Of a stretch of 31,673 bases of DNA, positions 26,814 to 31,673 are shown in pieces. The DNA comes from a virus (lineage: Duplodnaviria; Caudoviricetes). Below the pieces are notes generated by a model. It had not been told where the DNA came from. It saw only the letters and a list, made by a program, of their open reading frames with translations, and did no database searches. The translations under genes were made by a program, and so were the position numbers. How positions within the stretch are numbered: the stretch's first letter is position 1; the number at the start of each line of letters is the position of its first letter. Location: positions 1 through 31,673 of IMG/VR virus record IMGVR_UViG_3300026085_000006; one strand, 5' to 3'.

Positions 26814-27064
26814 TATCTTCTACCCTCCTTAAATATGATTTCTTTTGGACCGTCTGTAATGAATTCTAAACCTGTCATTGATCCTAAGTAGTATTTCTTT
26901 CCTGTAATACTTTCTTTGTGTATCATGGATAGTTTAACACTTCTATTAATAGTAACCGTTAAGGTTTTTCCTGGGTTGAAACTTAACACTTCTGCTTCAA
27001 CTACTTTATCGTTGTCTGTGCATTTTATTTGACAGACATCTTCATACATCGATCTATTCACCAT
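26813..27064 (-). CDS. Hypothetical 83-aa protein
   Basis: TAATG coupling to clpP; its 3' end carries the clpP SD GGAGG. Confidence 0.72.
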   Translation of the reverse strand: MVNRSMYEDVCQIKCTDNDKVVEAEVLSFNPGKTLTVTINRSVKLSMIHKESITGKKYYLGSMTGLEFITDGPKEIIFKEGRR

Positions 27065-27299
27065 TTCTTATCCTTTGTTTTAATGAACTATATTCTAACA
27101 CATCATACAGTAGAAAGTAAAGAAAAAATGTACTCAAACTACTGAACCAACTCCCCCAAAGCAATAATGGTAAAAGTACAAAGAAGAACAATGTCTTAAG
27201 TATCCAGCCTCCTACAAATCTTTTCGGTATGTAGTAAAAAGGCCATTTACCAAAATCTTCTTCAGGTTTGTTTCTATAATCGTTAAACTCGTAATTCAT
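27054..27299 (-). CDS. Small membrane protein
   Basis: Two hydrophobic segments. Start placed at MNYEF to minimise overlap. Confidence 0.62.
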   Translation of the reverse strand: MNYEFNDYRNKPEEDFGKWPFYYIPKRFVGGWILKTLFFFVLLPLLLWGSWFSSLSTFFLYFLLYDVLEYSSLKQRIRNGE

Positions 27300-27774
27300 A
27301 TTCAAAATTCTGTGTTGCATCGTTGATACTAATTTGTTTTGCACCATTACGTATATGGAAATGTGTTGCCATAGGTGTTAGGGGTGACAATGTTACAACT
27401 CTTTCAATTCCGTTTGTTTTAGCAAACTCTAAAACTTTATTAATAATCTCTTTACCTGCACCACGTTTACGTGACCAAACTGTATATGCAATAGCAACAT
27501 TTTTTTCATTTTTTAGATGTGCAAGTTCACTCATCATATCAAGTTCTTTTACACTATGCGGAACATCATTTGTAAATGCAATGCAGATGATCCCTTCAAT
27601 ATCATCTTCGTACTTGAGTCCAAATATTTTTCTGCCATTAGCCGTACGCCAATCTAAGGTAAGTTCGGGTCTTACAGGATCTTCAGAAACATCAACTTCG
27701 GTGAGTTCAACAAGTTCTGTGCCTTTAACCCATCTAAAAAATCCGTCTAATTTTCCCTTGTATTTTTGCATCAT
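27283..27774 (-). CDS. Hypothetical protein, possible GNAT-like fold
   Basis: YTVWSRKRGAGKEII (R-G-x-G acetyl-CoA-like loop), VVTLSP, FHIRNGA. Confidence 0.6.
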   Translation of the reverse strand: MMQKYKGKLDGFFRWVKGTELVELTEVDVSEDPVRPELTLDWRTANGRKIFGLKYEDDIEGIICIAFTNDVPHSVKELDMMSELAHLKNEKNVAIAYTVWSRKRGAGKEIINKVLEFAKTNGIERVVTLSPLTPMATHFHIRNGAKQISINDATQNFEYELRV

Positions 27775-28499
27775 ACAATATTCCTTCTGATAATTTTTAG
27801 TACTTTTTTGCTCATTCTTGCATTATCAAAGTATTCATAACACTTCCATAATGGTGTTGGCGGTTTTTGATTCTTTAGTGTAATACAGTCGTTGATAGGA
27901 CTATGGAATCCCATTTGATCAAGTTCTTGCGGACTAAATTCTACAAGATTAATTTTTTCATCTGTGTTAAACTTGACATACATTAAAGCATCGCCTTCTT
28001 TAATGTCTATTCTATTTGAATTTGGTTTCATTTGGAATAATGGTCTTACACCCGGACGTAACCATCTACCAATGTCGTAACTACCACAAAGTGCTTGTAC
28101 GTTTTCTGTATAGCCGTTAACGTCATAGTATGCAGGTAAGTTTGTTGCCATTAAAGGTTTGTCTGCAAAGAAAATATATCCAAAACCTAATTGATGGATT
28201 CCGTTTTTTCCTTGAGGTTGGCCAAAAAATATTTGACCGAATTCTGGATCTTGATTGTGTACTTTTAAATTACCTTCATCTTGATATTCTAAAGAAACTG
28301 TTACTGGACTTTTTATAACAACAGTACGAGTCATTTCATCAACCATGCCTGGACAGTGCAATAGGTCCGGTCCAAGATACTCTTTGTAATCAATATGTTT
28401 GTTTAGGAATACAGGCTCTGGAAATCTCAATCCACTTATAAAGTGTCTTTCTCCACTACCTGGAGCAATCGCTCTTGCCCAATATACATTAATGGTCAT
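27771..28499 (-). CDS. Hypothetical 242-aa protein
   Basis: Long coupled ORF; CPG, GSYDIGRWLRP and IKEGDALMYVKF blocks suggest a beta-clip/dUTPase-like fold (weak). Confidence 0.75.
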   Translation of the reverse strand: MTINVYWARAIAPGSGERHFISGLRFPEPVFLNKHIDYKEYLGPDLLHCPGMVDEMTRTVVIKSPVTVSLEYQDEGNLKVHNQDPEFGQIFFGQPQGKNGIHQLGFGYIFFADKPLMATNLPAYYDVNGYTENVQALCGSYDIGRWLRPGVRPLFQMKPNSNRIDIKEGDALMYVKFNTDEKINLVEFSPQELDQMGFHSPINDCITLKNQKPPTPLWKCYEYFDNARMSKKVLKIIRRNIV

Positions 28500-29244
28500 A
28501 ATTGTTTACCCACATCTTGTAAGGTTTAACTTGTTTAGAATCCTTCCTAACAAACCCGAACTGGGCAATGTTAAAACTTAATGTAACTCTTTCTACATCA
28601 CTCTTGAAAGGATATACTGCATGATGCATTCCTCCTGGAAAGAAAATACAGTCACCTGTTTTAGGTGTATAATTAATATGACTTGCCTGCCATATGTTAT
28701 CAATCAACCCTCCGGTAAAAATAATATCCCCTGGTACTGGTTGATTGCTATGTTGTTTTACTTCTTCTTTTTCTTTTGCAATAATTTCTGGAATATCAAC
28801 ATACAGACTTGCACTAATAATACTTTCAGGATGTGTATGCATAGGATTAAACTCTCCTGCTTTAGAAAAGTTTACCCAAGGATATCCTTGTAATTGAATA
28901 GCAACATCGTGTTCTTCTTCGCTTGGCATTTCGTCAAGGTTACTAACCTGTAAGCCACTTCGTAAAAAATTATTTACGTGCGAAGCCATTAGTTTCATAA
29001 AGCGTTCTTGCTCTTCTGGTGTACCAATGTTCTTAAAATCGTATTGACCTTTAATATTACCTGCAAGTGTTTGACCCATAGAATCACCTTTTTCTTTTGC
29101 TTTATAAGATAGGTGTTGGAGAAACTTTACTTCATCATCTGTAAATTTTCCAATATAGATTCCTGGACCGAACGGTTGGCGTATCTCATACGCTCCGCTT
29201 TCCTCAACATATCCTTCGCCGTTATAATTAAAGCATCTGTTCAC
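28489..29244 (-). CDS. Putative 2OG-Fe(II) oxygenase
   Basis: WVNF..GEFNPMHTH..ISASLY, FFPGGMHHAVYPF, ERVTLSFN. Start uncertain (GTG 29244 or 29280, both overlapping rpsU). Confidence 0.82.
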   Translation of the reverse strand: MNRCFNYNGEGYVEESGAYEIRQPFGPGIYIGKFTDDEVKFLQHLSYKAKEKGDSMGQTLAGNIKGQYDFKNIGTPEEQERFMKLMASHVNNFLRSGLQVSNLDEMPSEEEHDVAIQLQGYPWVNFSKAGEFNPMHTHPESIISASLYVDIPEIIAKEKEEVKQHSNQPVPGDIIFTGGLIDNIWQASHINYTPKTGDCIFFPGGMHHAVYPFKSDVERVTLSFNIAQFGFVRKDSKQVKPYKMWVNNYDH

Positions 29245-29428
29245 GCTTTGCTTGTTCCTTTTTCCATCTTGCGATTCCACGCTTCTTAGCCAGTCTTTTC
29301 TTTTCGCTTGGCTTTTGATAGTATTGTCTATCCTTTAGTTCTTGCATTATTCCGTCCTTTTTTTGTTTTCTTTTAAGAACTCTTAATGCTTTTTCAACGT
29401 TGCCGTTCCTTACTATTATTGTTGTCAT
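29228..29428 (-). CDS. rpsU: 30S ribosomal protein bS21
   Basis: VRNGNVEKALRVLKRK..KDGIMQELKDRQYYQKPSEKKR matches the bS21 pattern. GGAG SD. Confidence 0.93.
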   Translation of the reverse strand: MTTIIVRNGNVEKALRVLKRKQKKDGIMQELKDRQYYQKPSEKKRLAKKRGIARWKKEQAKREQML

Positions 29429-29440
29429 TAGTCTCCTTTG

Positions 29441-29650
29441 TTAGTGAAGTGTGTTTGGTTGATCATCTTGCGATAAGTCCACTCCGAAATACTTCTCGCA
29501 GATGTATACTATACTTTCAGGTACCAAATCATCTTCTTTACCTTCGGGTATAAAAAGTCCTTTTAAATTACCGTCGGCGCCAATAATTAAACCCCAATCG
29601 TCATCTTCTAAGGCGTCGGCAAATTCTACGTACTCACGCTCGTCACTCAT
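29441..29650 (-). CDS. Acidic hypothetical protein
   Basis: Start moved to MSDERE, which follows AAGGA. Confidence 0.7.
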   Translation of the reverse strand: MSDEREYVEFADALEDDDWGLIIGADGNLKGLFIPEGKEDDLVPESIVYICEKYFGVDLSQDDQPNTLH

Positions 29651-29687
29651 TGGCTTAATTCCTTTTACAAAATACGTACTACTATAC

Positions 29688-30392
29688 TTAGATAATCTTA
29701 ACATAATTTAACTGTGTTTCTGGCAACTTTGTTACAAAGTTTTCGCCGTGTCTTTTAACTTTACCTTTAATTTTTATAGTTGAGCCTTGTTCGGGTATAG
29801 GCTTTCCTGCTTCAAAATTTTTAAAGAATGAAACAAGATTATTTTCTATGTTGCCGTTTATAACATGACAACCAAATTTTTCAACAAATTTTACTTCGTT
29901 AATTTTTAATAAACCTGTTACTATTGCTCCAGGTAACCCTATGTGTTTACTCTCAGTAAACTCTGACTTTAGTTTTTTCTTATATTCTTTTTTATTTTTT
30001 GTTTCAAAATAAATCTTAGGCAGAACAGCAACAACACCGAAATCGTTTTTATGTATTTGTTCGCTGTTAATACACACAAGAAGATTTTTCATATAATCTG
30101 ATAACGTACCTGCAATCTGTTGCAGAGAAGTATCTTTGTTTATATATAGAACAGCATCTTTAGAATTTTGAATATCTTCTTCTGTTGGTACAAAAGGAAC
30201 AAAGTCTTTTGGACGAAATGCAATATCTTTAGCCGCCATAAGATTATAAATTAGCATTTCTTTGTTTGAAAATTTTGTAGCAACATCTTCTGAATATCTT
30301 CGAGTATCACTAACGTATTCATTATTATTGATACGATAAGATGCAAAACTCTGTGCTAATACTTTTTCTGTATTGTAGTATGTTTGGTGCAT
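29688..30392 (-). CDS. Hypothetical protein with possible C-terminal OB fold
   Basis: HIG...GSTIKIKGKVKRH...TQLNYVK pattern. Own promoter. Confidence 0.75.
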   Translation of the reverse strand: MHQTYYNTEKVLAQSFASYRINNNEYVSDTRRYSEDVATKFSNKEMLIYNLMAAKDIAFRPKDFVPFVPTEEDIQNSKDAVLYINKDTSLQQIAGTLSDYMKNLLVCINSEQIHKNDFGVVAVLPKIYFETKNKKEYKKKLKSEFTESKHIGLPGAIVTGLLKINEVKFVEKFGCHVINGNIENNLVSFFKNFEAGKPIPEQGSTIKIKGKVKRHGENFVTKLPETQLNYVKII

Positions 30393-30425
30393 TGCCTATA
30401 CCTGCCTTTGTTCTATTATGTTACT

Positions 30426-30469
30426 AATATAACAAATTTTACTCAAAATGTCAAGAGTTTTTTTGCCAA
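30426..30469 (-). promoter_or_regulatory. Sigma70-like promoter with upstream TTGG element
   Basis: TTGG-N11-TTGACA-N17-TATATT. Confidence 0.78.
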
Positions 30470-31036
30470 TTATAGTATATGATCGGCAATGTTTAATTCA
30501 ATTATTTGTTTTGCTGTATAGTATTGATCTGAAGGGTTTTTGATAAACTTATTACGAACTTCTTGGATAGTCATTCCTGTTGCTTCTCTTAAGATATTCA
30601 AGCAACGCAATTCACAGTTTTGGTTTTCTTTCATTTGTGCTTTCATATCGTGCATTTTGGCTTCCATAGAATCAGTATGTTGATGATTCATTATTCCTGC
30701 ATTTTTACCAATATATCTTTCTCCTTGGTGGCCACTTGCAAAAATTAAAAATCCAGCACTCATTACACTACCAATACCAATTGTGCTAATTGGATGATAA
30801 CTGCTTTTCATAATATCAATTAAAGCAAATGATTCGTATAAATCGCCCCCTATTGAATTTACATATAATTTTAAAATTCGTTTTGGTTTTTTAACAAGAT
30901 TAGCACTAACAATCCATTTGATTGCTTCACCAACATTTTCATCACAGATTTCGCCACTGAGATAATGTATGTCATTGTCAAGTAGATTTCGTTCGATCGC
31001 ATCAGAAGCCGACCAGTTTTCGTATTTGTTACTCAT
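30470..31036 (-). CDS. Divergent ClpP-like protease
   Basis: YLSGEI, LYVNSIGGD, VMSAG (Ser), IMNHQ (His), DQYYTA (Asp), IADHIL. Confidence 0.88.
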   Translation of the reverse strand: MSNKYENWSASDAIERNLLDNDIHYLSGEICDENVGEAIKWIVSANLVKKPKRILKLYVNSIGGDLYESFALIDIMKSSYHPISTIGIGSVMSAGFLIFASGHQGERYIGKNAGIMNHQHTDSMEAKMHDMKAQMKENQNCELRCLNILREATGMTIQEVRNKFIKNPSDQYYTAKQIIELNIADHIL

Positions 31037-31529
31037 ATGCTTGTTTGTACTTATCTAAGTCGTCCCAGGTCCAGGCTTCATTCCCCAATCCCATCGTTTC
31101 AACCCACTGCAAAAATAGTCCTGTTTCTCTACCGTGTGCTTCAATTTCCCAAGGACGATCCCAGTAATTTGGAACTTTTTTAAGGAGTTTGCCTTCCCAC
31201 TTTGTTTGTTTAGATTTATACATTTCAACCATTCGCCCTGAAGCAAATTGGCTAATATGTACCATTTCGTGAGCAACTGTTTCTAACAGTCTACGTAGTT
31301 TAATGCTGTTATCAATACGCATTGAATACTGTTTAGGACGATGATTTCTATCTTCCCAAATTATATCCCCAATGTTGCCGTCTTCTTTGTAAAGTTTGCG
31401 AGTTAATTCAATATCTATTTCAAGAGAATTTGCAAGTTTTTCACTCATAAGTTTATAGCCTGCAAAAACAGCCATACTTTCTACATATTCTCGTTCTTTT
31501 TTGGTTCCGCCCTCGATGCTTAGATACAT
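31029..31529 (-). CDS. Zincin-like metallopeptidase
   Basis: AHEMVHISQ (HExxH) and YWDRPWEIEA. GAGG SD. Confidence 0.8.
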   Translation of the reverse strand: MYLSIEGGTKKEREYVESMAVFAGYKLMSEKLANSLEIDIELTRKLYKEDGNIGDIIWEDRNHRPKQYSMRIDNSIKLRRLLETVAHEMVHISQFASGRMVEMYKSKQTKWEGKLLKKVPNYWDRPWEIEAHGRETGLFLQWVETMGLGNEAWTWDDLDKYKQAYE

Positions 31530-31560
31530 TGTAACCTCGTTAATTTATGATTGTTTATAC

Positions 31561-31604
31561 AGTATACTGTCATTTGATCAAGAAGTCAAGTCATTAAACA
31601 CCAA
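31561..31604 (-). promoter_or_regulatory. Sigma70-like promoter with upstream TTGG element
   Basis: TTGG-N11-TTGACT-N17-TATACT; -10 inside the palindrome ACAGTATACTGT (31559-31570). Confidence 0.78.
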
Positions 31605-31673
31605 TTTAATTTTTTGGGGTTACTTATTAAATAATATTAGTTAGAGTGTGAGGGCCTTGTTCACAAGACATTG

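Noticed and set aside
1-31673. CRISPR array, intron/intein, DGR or stop-codon recoding
   Set aside because: No repeat-spacer periodicity or reverse transcriptase seen; ligase, ClpP and UvdE are uninterrupted; TAA, TAG and TGA all end genes at sensible positions.
1-31673. Eukaryotic giant virus or bacterial chromosome origin
   Set aside because: SD sites, sigma70 promoters, coupled operons, CCA-encoding tRNAs and T4-like fibre motifs indicate a bacteriophage despite the eukaryote-like enzymes.
31621-31673. Plus-strand TAAATA followed by a weak GTGAG...TTCAC hairpin
   Set aside because: Cut off by the window end; cannot tell leader from ncRNA.

Overview
AT-rich segment of a large tailed bacteriophage genome, T4-like/jumbo myovirus style and probably aquatic. 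Host is uncertain; the bS21, ClpP and IscA proteins look proteobacterial. Nearly all genes are on the minus strand. Left part: two virion fibre/baseplate proteins with the T4 gp9/gp10-type N-terminal motif (one runs off the window and is missing from the ORF track), then IscA/HesB, Cu/Zn SOD, UV endonuclease UvdE, a phosphomannomutase-like HAD enzyme, a glycosyltransferase, QueD, a 2OG-Fe(II) oxygenase and a plus-strand 989-aa fibre. Right part: ATP-dependent DNA ligase, tRNA-Arg(GCG), tRNA-Thr(UGU), peroxiredoxin, SGNH hydrolase, a PRMT-like methyltransferase, two ClpP paralogues, ribosomal protein bS21 and many hypotheticals. Two promoter classes are visible: sigma70-like TTGAC(A/T)-N17-TAnnnT, five with TGG exactly 11 nt upstream of -35, and late-type TAAATA, several 4-5 nt before an ATG. 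Strongest leads: (1) a pseudoknot in the queD leader that pairs with the Shine-Dalgarno (riboswitch candidate); (2) a protein-arginine-methyltransferase-like gene coupled to clpP; (3) a eukaryote-type SOD with a leader resembling T4 capsid-targeting sequences; (4) three CxRD helical repeats resembling the phycobiliprotein chromophore site in the 2222-aa virion protein. All calls come from motif recognition by eye; no database searches were run.
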